Part shown: piece after piece, positions 38,085-52,000 of the stretch | Layout: each line of letters starts with the position of its first letter | Numbering within the stretch: the first letter of the stretch is position 1 | Assembly (NCBI GenBank): GCA_973851085.1 | Contig: OZ316776.1 | Coordinates: 1,364,001-1,428,000 of the forward strand | DNA from: Ptychomitrium polyphyllum | Taxonomy: Eukaryota | Direction of reading: 5' to 3' | DNA: 64,000 bases | Made by a program: the position numbers and the translations under genes | The notes under the pieces: model-generated | What the model saw: the letters and a program-made list of their open reading frames with translations, nothing else | Databases searched by the model: none | What the model was told of the DNA's origin: nothing

Positions 38085-41000
38085 ATGGCGCGTAAGAAAA
38101 TTAGAGAGTATGACTCCAAGCGTATTCTGAAGGAATTCTTGAAGAAGCTTGCGGGCATTGAGATTGGCATTAAGTCTGCTCAGGTATCTTCTCTTGAGTA
38201 CCACCAAGAAAACGTGACTATGATGATGGGAAATGTGGTTATTGATATCGGTTAGAGCTCAGCAGCTGTGACTCATAACTAATGTTGATATTTAACGGTG
38301 CAGGTAACGGAGAGCACTGACTTCAATAAGCTAGTTGAGCAGGAACCATGGCTGACATCCACTCGGCTGGTGGTGAAACCGGATATGTTGTTCGGCAAGC
38401 GAGGGAAGAGCGGTTTGGTGGCGCTGAACTTGGATCTAGCAGGCGTGGAGTCTTTCGTGAAGGAGCGGTTGGGCAAGGAGGTGAGTGGGAGGCTATTATT
38501 CGTCACTGTTCGTTGTGCTTGTGCCTTGCAATGTACATAATTGGGAATGTTCCTGGAGGACATCGAACAGCTGTTGCAGTCATGCTAAATTGCATCAGTG
38601 CATTTTCTAATTCTGTATCTTGTCTCTGAACGGGACCAGGTTGAGATGAGTGGCACAAAGGGACCAATCACTACTTTCATCGTGGAGCCTTTTGTTCCCC
38701 ACAAGGATGAGTACTATCTTTCGATAGTGTCGGATCGTCTGGGGGTAGATATTAGCTTTTCTGAGTGCGGCGGTATCGACATCGAAGAGAACTGGGACAA
38801 GGCAATACATCTGTAACATTCCTGTTTACGTCATAATCGTATATTTTTTCCTTTTTGCAAACTTTTTAGGTGTTTTTAGCATCTTACAGTTGTGATTGGG
38901 ATTGTATGACCGAATAAAGTTCTATTTGCGCTGTGGACAACATGTCGAAAATTAAATTAAGCAGTGTCTCTGTTTTATGGTAAGCTTTTCGTAAATAGTG
39001 TATTGAGTGCCTGGCGACGGTTCTGTGAAGTCCAATTAGTGGTCTCTTTGGTGATGGGCAGAAAACTCTAGGGAAGAGTAGGTAAAGGTACGTTTGGTTA
39101 CTTTAGCTGTGCATGTTCGTGTATTAATTGTGGATTTAACATTTTGTTCGTATTTGTTGTGTGAATTGGTTTGGAGTGAGCAGGTGAAGTCTATCTTTGT
39201 GCCTACTGAGCAGACTACCCTCACGAATGAGCTGTGCGCTCCCTTGGTTGCTACCCTTCCTTTGGAGGTATGACCCTTTTCTTGTAAGGTTCATTGAATA
39301 TTGCAGAAGAAAGTAGGGATATCTCCGAAATCGCTTGTTACAGCATAACCTTTTGGCTTCAGTTGCAATTACTGATTCTGTTTATGTACTCAGGTTCGTC
39401 CCAAGATCGAGGAGTTCATTGAAACTGTGTTTACTGTTTTTTGCGGTAATACCCTTGCCTGATTTCACCCACTGTTATCCCGTTTAGGATGTGAACTCCA
39501 TGCATCTTTAACAGATTGAGATTTTCGAGTAATTTCAATCAGTAATAACAGTCTATCAAGTTGAGAGCTGTCGGGAGGATACATCAAAATTGCACCAATT
39601 TTTGATCCAAAGCGTTGTACGGTGTTTGATTTTCCTATTTCTGGTTGTTGTGCAGATCTGGACTTCACCTTGTTGGAAATGAACCCATTCACTATCGTTG
39701 ATGGCACTCCATACCCTCTGGACATGCGGGGCGAACTTGATGACACTGCTTTGTTCAAGAACTTTCAGAAGTATGGCTTTCTTGCGTTTGTATTGTCCGT
39801 GTAGTTTTTCACAGTTGTCTTAATTAGCGATTTGTGCACCCTGCCATAATTATGCTCTTGGGTCATCAAATCATCTTGAGCAGACACTATTGCTTGGATC
39901 AAGTGTCAACCGCTGAGCTTAATGTTTGTGGAAATGCACAGATGGGGAAATGTGGAATTTCCTTTGCCTTTTGGTAGGACAATGAGTCCAGCCGAGGAGA
40001 AGATCCACCGTATGGATGAGAAGGTATGACAGCCACGTTGTAGCCCTCAGCCAGACTCTTTAGATCTGTTTGACATCTCCTATAGATATACGAGATGAGA
40101 TGTTCTCTTTATTACTATGTATTGTGCAACGTTACTCCTTGTTTATCAGAATGTCAGCGTTGAGGCAAGTAGTGGAGGTTCAGATTTTGTAGGGATGTAG
40201 TAAAGTTTCGCTGACAGGACTACATGGTATGATCACAGACGGGTGCCTCGCTGAAGTTGACAATCTTGAACCCCAAGGGTCGTATCTGGACCATGGTTGC
40301 TGGAGGTGGTGCAAGCGTGATTTACTCTGATACGGTACTGGTGGTGCTGATTTCTGAACGTGCTGGATTTGTTTGCTCCAATCCCCGCCCCGCTCCGCCT
40401 CTTTTTGTGTCCGTTTCTTAATCAGAGGGCAGGAGCTTTCAGGACAAATGTCCGATTTATCTTTCTGCTGCTGGGAGAGTGTGCTGCGTCAGTAGGCCTT
40501 GTTGTGGCTTAACTAGGGTATTGTCCGGATACTCTATTTTTCTTTATCTGCATCGCTGACAGGTATGAGATATGACAGGTTGGAGATTTAGGATTCGCTA
40601 ATGAGCTGGGCAACTATGCGGAGTACAGCGGTGCTCCTAATGAGGAGGAGACTCTTCACTTTGCACGTGCTCTGATCGACGTAAGCTTTGGCATAGAAGG
40701 CTGCCACTCTTTTAATTTGAAGCTTGCAGCTGATTGGAGTGCAGAGTTAGTGATTAGAGTTTCTTGGATTTTGGTACCTTTGTTAGTGATCAGAGTTTCT
40801 TCTCTGAATGCCCTTAGTATCCACAGATACAGTCGTGGCATTTAGGTTTGAGGTTTCTTGGGTACTCTTCTATTCTTGGCATAAATGCATACTTTGTCTG
40901 GTGAATAGTTGTAACCGAGTTTCTGTTGGCAGTGTTGCACTGCAAACCCTGATGGCCGCCGAAGAGCGCTGGTTGTAGGAGGTGGCATTGCCAACTTCAC

Positions 41001-41605
41001 TGATGTTGCTGCTACATTTAGCGGCATTATTCGAGCGTTCAGGGAGAAGGTAAATATAGTGATCTATCAGTGCATCGGGATGAAGTTCATCGTGGTTGAT
41101 GAAGTTTCGCAATTCTACTGAATAGCTGTAAAACACAGTTTCGGATGACGAAAGTGCTGACACTAACATGTCCTTTTATCCTAACAGCAATCGCAGCTGA
41201 AAGCGGCCAGGGTCCAGATTTATGTGCGGAGGGGTGGTCCGAACTACCAGAAGGGGCTTGCGAAGATGAGGGAACTGGGAACTGAGATTGGTATTCCAAT
41301 TGAGGTAGGTCTTTTCCAGTGTCAACTAATCATTCAGGCTCCATGCTGCGTTTTTTGACTAGCTTCAGGTCACTCAGCGTAGGTCTCAACTGTGATATCT
41401 GAAGTCAGATTATTATGTTAACCGATATCGGTAGCGAACTGATGGGAAGTAAGGGAATCTTGCACTAGGTTTCATTGGTGATGGGCTGTCATAATCTGTT
41501 TGTTGCCTTACTAATTGCGGTGTTCTGAAACAGGTGTATGGACCCGAAGCTAGCATGACAGGAATCTGCAAATCTGCAATAGACTACATCAGTATAGCTG
41601 CTTAG
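38085..41605 (+). CDS. ACLA: ATP-citrate lyase (ATP-citrate synthase) A/alpha subunit, 12 coding exons, 424 aa
   Basis: Exons 38085-38183, 38304-38480, 38640-38801, 39184-39267, 39394-39445, 39656-39770, 39942-40023, 40239-40334, 40579-40680, 40933-41049, 41188-41304, 41534-41605 total 1275 nt in frame. Motifs: [143 protein letters not shown]. Confidence 0.97.
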
Positions 41606-43349
41606 ATTAGGTTCTAGAGATAACAGGAAGGTGTTCCAATCCTTATGAAGCTTTGCTGATATGAGGAACAATATTTGGAGACGAGCTTGACATTCATGTT
41701 GCTAGGATGTACACGTGGGCTGAGCATTGCACTAATTCTTTCATTCTTTGGTAGCTTAGGTGATTAGATACGTATTACTTCTACGCTTTGAATTATAAAC
41801 ATTTATTATGCAATGCTTGTGTATATTTGTTGCAATATTTGTGCCCTACTGAGAGCACGTATAAGTGTAAGTCTTTGACTTCTATTACACTCCTGCTTGC
41901 AGTTTGTCCATTAGATTGATGTAACTGGTAATCTACACACTCCTTCACTTGGACACAAATTTTTGTTTGAATGTGTAAAAGTATGTCTTCACCTACAAGG
42001 AGACTGTAAGCCTGCATGGACTCCAGTTCTGGTTGACACCTTTTTAAATTTGCGTGAAATAAGCCATCTTCTAGCTTATCAGGCAGCACGAATCACTTGC
42101 ACAAGTTGTTAGAAACAATTTCCCACTTAGAATGATAACCTTAATTTTCTGGTCTCTGCTTTTCAGCTGAGTCATGAATGCTTTTCGAGGTCTTATTCTG
42201 TATGCGTTTTGGAAGTAGGGTATATCGCATCCGGTGGACACTAGTGCGAATCAGCAATGGTAAAACTTATAGCTGAATGAAGTAGCATTTACGGTATATT
42301 TAGCCTAATCATTGATCATGTTACGAAATGCTCCCAGCGTCCATTCGAAGCTCATATTATTGTTTCATCTGGTAGTAGGAGTATTGTCAGAGAATTGTCG
42401 TGGGGCACCAATTCGTGTTGTACCTAATCAATTGGCATGTCAATTCTGATCCAGCATTACACTCCAAAAATTATGACTAACAATATTATTAATAACTATG
42501 AATATTCATTTAGAGTTGTCGGTCAAGATTCAAGAGAGCCCCTCAAAATATTGCAAGCTTGCAGAGATTCAAGTGTAAACACAAGAATAGATGTACTAAA
42601 AAAATCATATGTTTATAGCTATGGAATGATTTCTAGCAAAATATCGACAGGGAATCTTCTATTAGGATGACAACAAACAGATTACAATGGTATTATCAGT
42701 GAAAGATGCCCAAAGGATACATAGGCTCTTATGTGAATGATGGCAATTCAATTGTTCATAAAGACTGTCATTCAATTGAAAAGTAAGGCAACTTGGAAAC
42801 ATAGTGGGAACTGATGAAGTCACAACTTATTTATGAAGGTGAATAGAAGTTCTAGAACAAGCAGGAAAGAAGAAAATCGATGCATCGGTAGCGGTGGAAT
42901 TATGAATGTAGTGTAGTTCGTTAAGAATGAGCCCTCCATATGGAAAACGTAAGCTGACTGGTTTCAGAGGGACGGGCGGCAGACAAAGTACAGTGAATTG
43001 GTACAGACTTCTATCAGTAAATAGCAAGCTTTGAATAATGTTCAATAGGAACAGAGGGACATTGGTGAATTTCCGGAGCGATTTCCACGTAATAAGAATC
43101 CCTGCCAAAAAATTTCAATTTTGTTGGGGCACACCGATTGAAGGCTGCTATACTTTCAATTGAAGGTGAAAAAATCCAGTTCAAATGGCGAATTATCACC
43201 CATATTCATCATGAAACAAAAGAGAGCCCCATCACACAAACCTCGACAGCAATGACGAAGAAATTCTCAGCAAAAAAATATCCTCAAAACATGTACAAGA
43301 GAAACCTACAACCACTAAAGAGCCCTACTCAATTACCCTGCTCACCAAA

Positions 43350-46300
43350 TCAGTCTCTTCGAGCCATGACCGCGGACGTCCTCGTCGACACAAGCACCGA
43401 CGAGACATTACCCAAAGCCGAGGCCGCGGACTCTACATGCTGTAACAAAAATTCATAAATTTTGCGCTTCAACCGCGCTTTCGTCTCCCCAATCTTCAAG
43501 TCCACCCCTTCCTCCAGGACCTGATCCAACCAGTCATTCACATGCTTCAATTGCGATAACATGGACGCTATCTCGCTATTATCCGCCCTGCTCACCACTT
43601 TCCCCACCTCCACCCCATTTGCACCTTGAGTCACTGACACCCTAAACCCGCTATTAAGAGCTCCCTCCATATAATGCAAAAACCATTTCTGAGCCTCAAG
43701 TTGCACTTGTCTTCCCAGCTCTGCCATCTCACGCAGCTTTGCAGTTTTATCCAAGTTCACATCAGTTCTAGCCACTGGCTCTGCTTCCTTCAAATCTTGA
43801 GGATATTCCTGTGATTCCTTTGCATCCTTCAACTCCTTCGTGCAAGCTGATGAGAGCTTTGAATAAAGGCCATTCCGCAGTGGAACGATTTTGCTAGAAG
43901 AGCGCTTCACTGGTGACGGTACTGGTGTCTTGGCAGGCGACTGGCCGTGTCCCAGTGACTTCTCGAGTTTTTTCTTAGGGTCGGTCTGTCTGTCCATTGA
44001 GGTAAACAAGGCGGGTCGAGATGCAAGCGTAGTGCGCGCAAACAGGGCGGGTGGAGGGGCGGTGGTGGCGAGCTTGAGACCTGCACCAAGAGGAGTATCT
44101 AGCAAGACCACCAGTTGTTGTTGAGCCGGCGTTTGACGATGCGTGCTCCTGGCGGCCACTTGTCGGTCCTGCTTGGTTTGAAGGGAGAACGCCGACAAGT
44201 CTGCTGCGAGGGCTGTGTTGATCCAGTTTGTGGAGGCCTGATATCGATCCAATGTTGCGGTTTGTGCTCTTTCTGACACGGTCTCTTTGGCGTCATCCAG
44301 AGATAGTAACCCTGCCCGGCAGGTGGTAAGCGCTTCTGAAACCGACACTGCTTGGGAAAGCATGCGGTGCAGGCTCAAAAACTGCTCCACTGTTGCTTGA
44401 GGGGACTCGGTCCTCGCTGTGGTGCAAATTTCGGCGAACATGCTGTACAAACAGGAGGGGTTACAATTGGCCTAAAGATTATTAAACAAGCTAATTGAAC
44501 TTATTTTCTGCAGGGACACAATACAATGTTGAGTGCTGAAAGGATTCAAGTGGCAGAGCCATCAGCTTGCCTTAAGCTTCGCAGAATACATTCTGCAGCT
44601 GAGGCCTCCTGGAGGGCTTCAACAGCAGCCGCTGAAGCTACATCACGCGTCTGTAAGACATCCTGCAAGAGCAACCAAACCCACCAACTTCAAAAATCTG
44701 CAAGATGCTTGTGTGGTATGAACCTTTAATTGCAATTCCAAGCCCCATCTCCCCCAGATTAAGAAGAATTTGCACGATCTATGAATGTAGAGGATAATTT
44801 CTACCTTGCCCAGAGATGCTAGAGATGAAGGTAGCGAGTCCCAAGATACACTCCCATCAGTCCATCTTTTATTGAGAACTACTTCTTTCAATCCCCCTGA
44901 GGAATCCACAGCCGAAGCTGACCTCTTCGATGGAGGTATACTTGAATCCTTTATACCAACTTTCGTCGGTCCAGTTGCTGACTTCGATGGTTGTAGACTC
45001 TTCTCGTGAGTCTTCGGTAACGCAGCATTTCGGGTGCTGTCACTAAGCCTCCTCACTGTACCCTGCTAATTTAAAAACGAAACTAAATTAAAACCTACCA
45101 TCAACTTCAACTGGTACTCCACGCCTGCCCTACACACAACTGTCGAAATTGTCGAAATCACAAATACCACACGGCCAGGGTATAATGTAAATTTGCAATT
45201 ACCGAGATTTTGTTGCCGTTGCTGACGCCATTAGCTGCTTCCAGTTTCGAAGCTGCCTTCTCCTTCACAGCCCCCTCCCAGCTCTTTCGTGGAACTGGTT
45301 TGGTAGCAGCAACCATTTCCCCATTTGAGAGTGCACCTCCGAAGGACCTCCTCTTGGTCGCATCCCCACCTGAGCTTGATTTCATCAGCAGTCCCTTCCC
45401 TACACTCACAGATCTTCTAACAACAGGAGACCTTGAGCGAATTACAGTACCCAGAGTGGACGGCTCCTTGTAGGGAATCTTCCTATCTTCAGGGCAAGGC
45501 ACTCGGCTGTTTCGCCCCGGAGTAGCTGCCTTAGGGCTCAATGGAGTTTTGAGATCACCGAACATGGCAAGGGAGGGACTGTTCGGAGCACTGGCAAAAT
45601 CAGCAAAAATCTTGGACTTCACTACTCGGCCTTTGGGCCGCGACTGAGACCTTTGATCCTCCGTCTTTTTGGTCAGCGTTGCGACGATGGCGTTCTCCTT
45701 GGTCGTGCTGCTCCTCACTGTGCTACTCCGAGCAAGACGCTCCGCGAGCTCCATATCGAATTTCCGAGCAGCGGAAGAAGACCTGTCCGGAGAGACTGTC
45801 ATCTCCTCGTACTGCACCTGGAAGCTGCTGGAGTTCAGTGACAAGCGCTCCAACCGGTCCGAGGAGAGTCTTGAGCCGGAGTTGCGAACTGAGTCCACGG
45901 TGTTGGAAGCTTTCTTTCTGGGAGTTGTAGGCTTGCTTTCTGGAGAGGAGAGATTGCTGGTTTTGGTGTCCCCGTTTTGAGCTGCTGGCACTACGGTGGC
46001 GATCAAATCCTCTGGACTTCCCACGCACTGGTGTCGCCCTGGAAGAGGGCGCACCCCACGCAGCAATGGCACCGGAGAGCCGGCCTCCAGTCTATCCACG
46101 TGAATGAATTGTCCTAGCTGCAGTTTGTCACTCAAAATTAGGTCATCATGCTCTTTGGCAAGAGAAACATACGTTGCGTGAGAAGAGTCCGAAACTTTGA
46201 TGTAGAATCCATGGTTAGGCCAGAGATCTCCGTTTGCAAGAGCAGGTACTATGCTAATAACTTGCAAGAGCGCTGATCGGTGCTCCCCTGTCGCCTTCAC

Positions 46301-46357
46301 ATCTGAATTGATATGTTGCAGTAGCTTGATCAACACTCCTGGCGTAAGAGTAGCCAT
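43350..46357 (-). CDS. DUF936 family protein (CORD, cortical microtubule disordering-like), 4 exons, ~865 aa
   Basis: Exons 46357-45203, 45062-44805, 44662-44571, 44442-43350 total 2598 nt in frame. N-terminus [93 protein letters not shown]. Middle [26 protein letters not shown]-terminus [45 protein letters not shown]. Confidence 0.93.
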
Positions 46358-47522
46358 TCTAGCTAGCCCCTGCTCTCAATTCGTCAGGATGTCTGTTGAT
46401 TGCTGCAACAAGCCCTAACCCTTCTCGTGCAGTTCTTCGCAACTTTCGATAACAGTGGACATTGTGGCCTCATGAACCGAGTCTCATCTCCCCAAAGTGC
46501 GCCATGCTTTGGCTTCTGATCCCTTACACAACAAGAGGCGCAGAGATGAGGAGAGGCGGTAAGGAAGCAAGACCATCTTCGTGCACCGGCGATAGTGAAA
46601 TTCGCCGTAATGCAACCACACTGTGCGTATCCGGAGAGTATCAACACACGAGAGACGGATCTGTGACTGTTTCCAATCTGCAACCAACAAACATTGTGGT
46701 CTTCCCCACAACCGCCAACTTCTGCAGAATTTCTCCGACTTCAACTCGTGAACTCTTTCCCCGCCAACTTTGACTTAACCTTTGAAGATGCCACGCTTCA
46801 AGGCCGAGCTGCTAAGAGAGCTCAAACCAAAGGGAGAAACAGTTCACAACTCGATGCAAATGGCACCTGTGCACGAAAAGCACAAAGCCAGAGCGTTAAC
46901 CGCAAAACCCAACAAAAAATCGCCAGCTGCCAGGAAAAGCTACATGATCTTCGAACAACGTAAACCAGCACGTTGGCTTCTTCCACCACTCATGACCTCG
47001 AAAGCAAGACACCTAGCATCCCAGCGCAGAAGCCTAGAACCCACCTGCCTCCCAGGCTATGCCCAGCGTTCAAATTCAACTGTTCTCCACTGTAGCTCCC
47101 TAGCACTCACAAAATCATTCTCTAGGCTAAGTTTTTCAACAGGACAAAAAACACACAGACACACGAACGCACATACACACACACCCACCAAGGAAAAGAG
47201 AAAAGACCAAAAACCCAAAGAACCAAAACTCGAGGTGATGCAATCACCAAAAGTGACTGACTGCACTCACAACTGAGTTCTCACTCACCCCACAAGCAGC
47301 TCCAAAGATCTCCACCCACATTCCTGCCTGTACTATAGATAGCAGTTGACCCAGCAAGAAAAAATCTCCCCTCTCCCTCAAAACTCTCGCCTTTACCCCA
47401 CTCCCAAACTCAACCACACCAACTGGCGTCCGCACAAAGCCCCCCTAGCTTCCACACCACACCTCAACGGCACCAAACCTGAAAATTAAAAAACTTCCAC
47501 TAGCTCTCACTTCCTCCCCTCC

Positions 47523-47553
47523 CTCACTCACTCACTCACTCACTCACTCACTC
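47523..47553. repeat. (CTCA)7 microsatellite upstream of the DUF936 gene
   Basis: Direct reading of the sequence. Confidence 0.9.
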
Positions 47554-47719
47554 CTTCACAAGGCAGATGAGCAACCCAAAGGGGGAAAGGAAGTGAGAGA
47601 TTGCATGGGCAAGAGGGTATGAGATGTGAGCAGGGAGTGTTATGAGAGATGACTTGCATGCAGCTGAACTGTGGCAAAGATGGGAGCTTGCAGTGATGGC
47701 CGTGGCACAAGTGTAAGCC

Positions 47720-47760
47720 TGTGTGTATGTGTATGTGTATGTGTGTGTGTGTACGTGTAT
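47720..47760. repeat. Imperfect (GT)n/(GTGTAT)n microsatellite
   Basis: Direct reading of the sequence. Confidence 0.85.
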
Positions 47761-48968
47761 GGGAGTTGTGTGTGTGAGAGTCGCAGTGTGGGTCTCTGGT
47801 GGCGCCACTGCTTGGAGAGTTGGTCGTTTGGCAACGTTACGAAGGGAGCGTTGTTGGCTTTAAGAGGCCGTTGTCAGCACGGCTGGGTCCGGTTTCATCC
47901 CCAACGGCGACAGTGGGGGCACCACGGTACTTTCAGGTGGAAGTGTGGCCATGTCTTTGAAGACGGCTTACAATGGTCGTTGTTAGGATATCACACTTTC
48001 TTTTTTATTGGACATATTGTGGAGAGGAAAAGAATTCTAACCCACTTTTAAACATGTTATATGGATGTTGTATGAATGAATTATGATTTTTTATTGTGCA
48101 TAGTGTAAGTTAGAGTTTGATGTTTAGTTGTAGTACATCCTTGTGATTATGTTTACTTACTTTTTAAGATTTCTTAAGGTTTGAGCAAGTTGGGATATAA
48201 ATTGCCCTACCTTACATGACATACTTGAACTATAGAAGGGATTATCATTTTGGAAATGGATCTAAGGAAAGATTCTCTTTGTGTCCAATTTTATAACCCA
48301 TTGAAAACTATTGAAAACTTTGCACGGCCCCCTTTAAAACTTTTCCAAACAATGGTATTATATTATTGTTAATCAAATCCAATCAAAAAATTAGATAGCA
48401 TTGATGGAGCAAATCCATCAATTTGGCTTCTTAGTTTCATGTATTAAAAACAATCAATGCAAATGATAATTTGTTTTCTTCAGGAGTGAGTTGTCCCAGC
48501 TATCTTACCAAAAATATATTAAGTAGACTATAAGAAAGCTTTGTTTAATTAATCTGTAAGTATCAACAACAATTAAAATTTACCTGTTTCCAATTTTATC
48601 TCAGACAATCATTTCACTGCACAACTCTTCTTGCATATATTGTACCTATTTCATTTGATGGGAACACCATTCACATTCTTTTGTGTTTCAAGTTTGCAAT
48701 TTGTGTTGGATTTTTAGTGTCACTAAGACTCTTTTGTTAGTGTGGCCATTCCAATATTAATTCTCAAATGCAGTAGCAATTGAAATTTACAACCCATGTG
48801 GTTTGCAAAGCTTAAGTGCTTGAAGAGTCCCCACAAAATTGACACCCAATTGTTTAATAGTGCTTGAAGCCTTTCTGTTGAAGCGCTATGATCAAGAAAC
48901 TGGGTGCTATCATAGCTATGGTGTTTGTTCAAGGAATATCAGTGTAACTAGGACCTAGACAACAGAAA

Positions 48969-49062
48969 AAGGCGTCAAGGCTTCAAGGCTTCAAGGCTTC
49001 AAGGCTTCAAGGCATCAAGGCATCAAGGCTTCAAGGCTTCAAGGCTTCAAGGCTTCTAAGGC
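48969..49062. repeat. 8-bp tandem array (AAGGCTTC)x11 with GTC/ATC variants
   Basis: The units read 1x AAGGCGTC, 4x AAGGCTTC, 2x AAGGCATC, 4x AAGGCTTC, then TAAGGC. Confidence 0.95.
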
Positions 49063-52000
49063 CAAGTGCCGCTCTGTTCATGTTACATACTCTGACAGTG
49101 GGCTCTGGGTTTTACAGCATGTGCAGTTCTGCTTAATATAGTTGCCTGCTACTCTGCTATTGGTTTTGCAGCATGTGCGTCTGGAATGGGAAGCATGTGT
49201 GCATATCATGGGCCTAAGTGACATCTTATTGTTCGCTCTCTGCTTTCAACTAGTGCCCTTGTGGTCCTGTAAAAGTTAGCTGTAGTTAGTGATTAATACA
49301 AGCTTAGAACTATTAGTACTGTAGTCATATAAAAGGTTCATCCTTGATTGAATCACAAACACATTAATTTTACTAAAAGAAAATTACTCTTTCTAGGAAA
49401 ATTTGCAAAAGGGATGAAACTGATTTTGAAGATTATCAACTTTTACTTTCAAGATAATATGAAAATATTCCTCAAAGGAAGTCATGAACCTGCTATGTGG
49501 ATAAAATGCAGGCAGGCTTTAAATCTCCATAGTTTGTAAAGTTTCTGGATTGCACAATTTACTTACATGATGTGATAGGATAGTGACATGACAATGTTCA
49601 TGAAGATGATTGAACTTGTCGGACACTGCAAAAGGGAATGATATGAAAACAATGGGTGCAGACATGTTCACAGGGCAAGGACTCTTTAACTCCATAATTT
49701 TATAATTGAACAAATTTTGACTGAAATTTTGATTTACATGTAATAAAATCTCTTTCCGGGTCCTGTATTCATTACATACAGAGAGATTGTGGAGTATGGA
49801 CCCTAATCAGTGGTACTATTCGAGGGGTTAAAGGGTCTTGGCCATTGACAAAGACAGGAGACCAAAGTTTGGTTGCAAAGTAGTAAGGTATGGTGATGTA
49901 AGGTACACCCAATGTTTTAATTTGTTGAATTTACCTCATATGTGACTGGTCAGTGACATGTCCCATGTGAATATTCCATAAAGTAAAGCAGAATATGGAA
50001 CAGAGCAATATGTTGTATGAATTGTATGTTTGTCCTGCCGCTGACACTAATTTCATGTAATAGTGAAGTTGCAGACGACCACCCTAATTTGAGTTGTTGA
50101 GGAATTTTCAAATTGCCAACTACTTCAACAGTGAGCAATTGTAAGGAAACTCCGTTTCTATGCTGTATTGATGTTCTGACACCTGGATCTCAATATGGGT
50201 TTGGTGACTCTAGAAACTATTTTCTGTGCTTTCATTAAGCCTCAGAAAGGTACTACAGTTTAACTACAGTATACAGGACAACATAGGAAATCGTATGCTA
50301 CGTGTCATGTTATTTTTTTTGTTTGTATTATGGTGGGAAGAGGAGAATTTGTTATTGCAAAAATGTGCCCAAATTACTACATCATCATTCAGGTGTATTT
50401 GCAGACTCTTGCTTTTGCTGGTCAAGCGGCAATACTACCTATGATATGTCAGGCCAAAGCCAAATATAAAAGATAGTTTAATTTGTTGAGTCAGCAGTGG
50501 CCTAGGAATTTCAAAGTTAGAATTCAAAATAAAAGTGTATACCATGGAATGTCACCATGGAAGGCAGTTCACACCAATTACGGGAGAAAGGAAAAAATTC
50601 AGCTCAAGATATGGATATTTTAGGTAAAAGATGGTCCATAGGAGAAGTTGAGAAGACATTAAAATAATCAAGATGGAAAAAGTTTTCTCTTGTGGATCAA
50701 TTTTTGGGTCATAATTATAATTTGAAGAACACTTTCAAAAATAGTCAACAAAATAAGATCTATTTTGCAATAATTGTTGCCTTATGAATGGCTAGTTCAT
50801 TTTTTCAATTGTAAGGATATTAGACAAATTATCCTTGATTTTAAATGAGATAACAAGGCATGTCAGTTTAAAGCTACTAATTGAGGCCTTTGCTTGCTCA
50901 TTCAAATAAAGCCTCAAATAATAAGTTCACCAACTAAGATCCATGTTATTTACAAGGTTGAAACAAGGGACTTAATTAACATTAGTGATGTTTCCAAGTT
51001 CAAAATTCTTTATTCTATGTTCAAGTGAGCTTAAATATATTGGAAGGAATCATTATAGAATCTATTACATGTTGTAGAATTATTAGCTCTGTGCAGTAAT
51101 TGAATTAAGACTTATGATAAATTAATAAGATGAAGATTACATGTAGAAAAAAACTTTGGAAACATATAATTAAAGAAAATTGAGCATGTCAACTAACCTC
51201 AACTATATGTTTTAAATGTCTTTACATTTTAATGTGCATAATATTTACATTGCATCTCAAATTGAATTAAAATGTATGTTGTAAAAATTTGAGTTCAATC
51301 CAACAACTGAGTGAAGAATTATAAAAATTAAGCAAAGGATATTATATTAAACTGATTCATATTGTTCCTTAAAATCATTTAGAGATTTAGATGATTTTAA
51401 AATATATAGGTGATTTTAGAACAAATAACTTCAACCATGGATATTAAAAAGCAATTCACTTTACAATTATTTGTCTAGAGGATAAAGGATTTTAACAATT
51501 TGATTGGTTAATAGCAAAAATTTGTTTGTTAGACATTCATTTTAAAGGCCAATAAGCCAAATGATAACAACATTTAAAATAATTGTATAACATCACTTTT
51601 AATATTTGTAACGCCAAGATTTTGTTTAGTTCTTTTTCATTAAACATACTTTGAATCTGATAACATATTGGCCATCGGATTAAAACAAGTATTTTTGCTT
51701 AAATCTTAAACTATGCTCATTTCCAATTGCATTGTTATATATTTATAATCTTGGAAGTAATAAATTTAAATTAAATTAAATTTTCAACATAAATGTGTTG
51801 AATTTAACGCTTACATGAGGTATTATTTTTGAAAACTTGAAATAAGGCATCAAATTTTATATTGAAAAATTCTAAATTTGATAATTAAAAATAATGCATT
51901 GAAATGTTTAATAATTTGTATATGTAATTCACCTTATTAGGCTCAAATGGAAATTGAAAGAATATGTTGGCACCTTTAAATACACTAACAAAGATGTTTA

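Noticed and set aside
43891..46028. Multiple overlapping ORFs within the DUF936 gene
   Set aside because: They are antisense or alternative-frame shadows of a GC-rich CDS.
46384..48051. Cluster of 60-160 aa ORFs upstream of DUF936
   Set aside because: They are low-complexity or microsatellite-derived (HTHT, CVCV) with no recognisable domains, consistent with leader/promoter DNA.
48969..49062. Short repeat array as a possible CRISPR
   Set aside because: The units are contiguous with no spacers, no cas genes are present and the context is eukaryotic.
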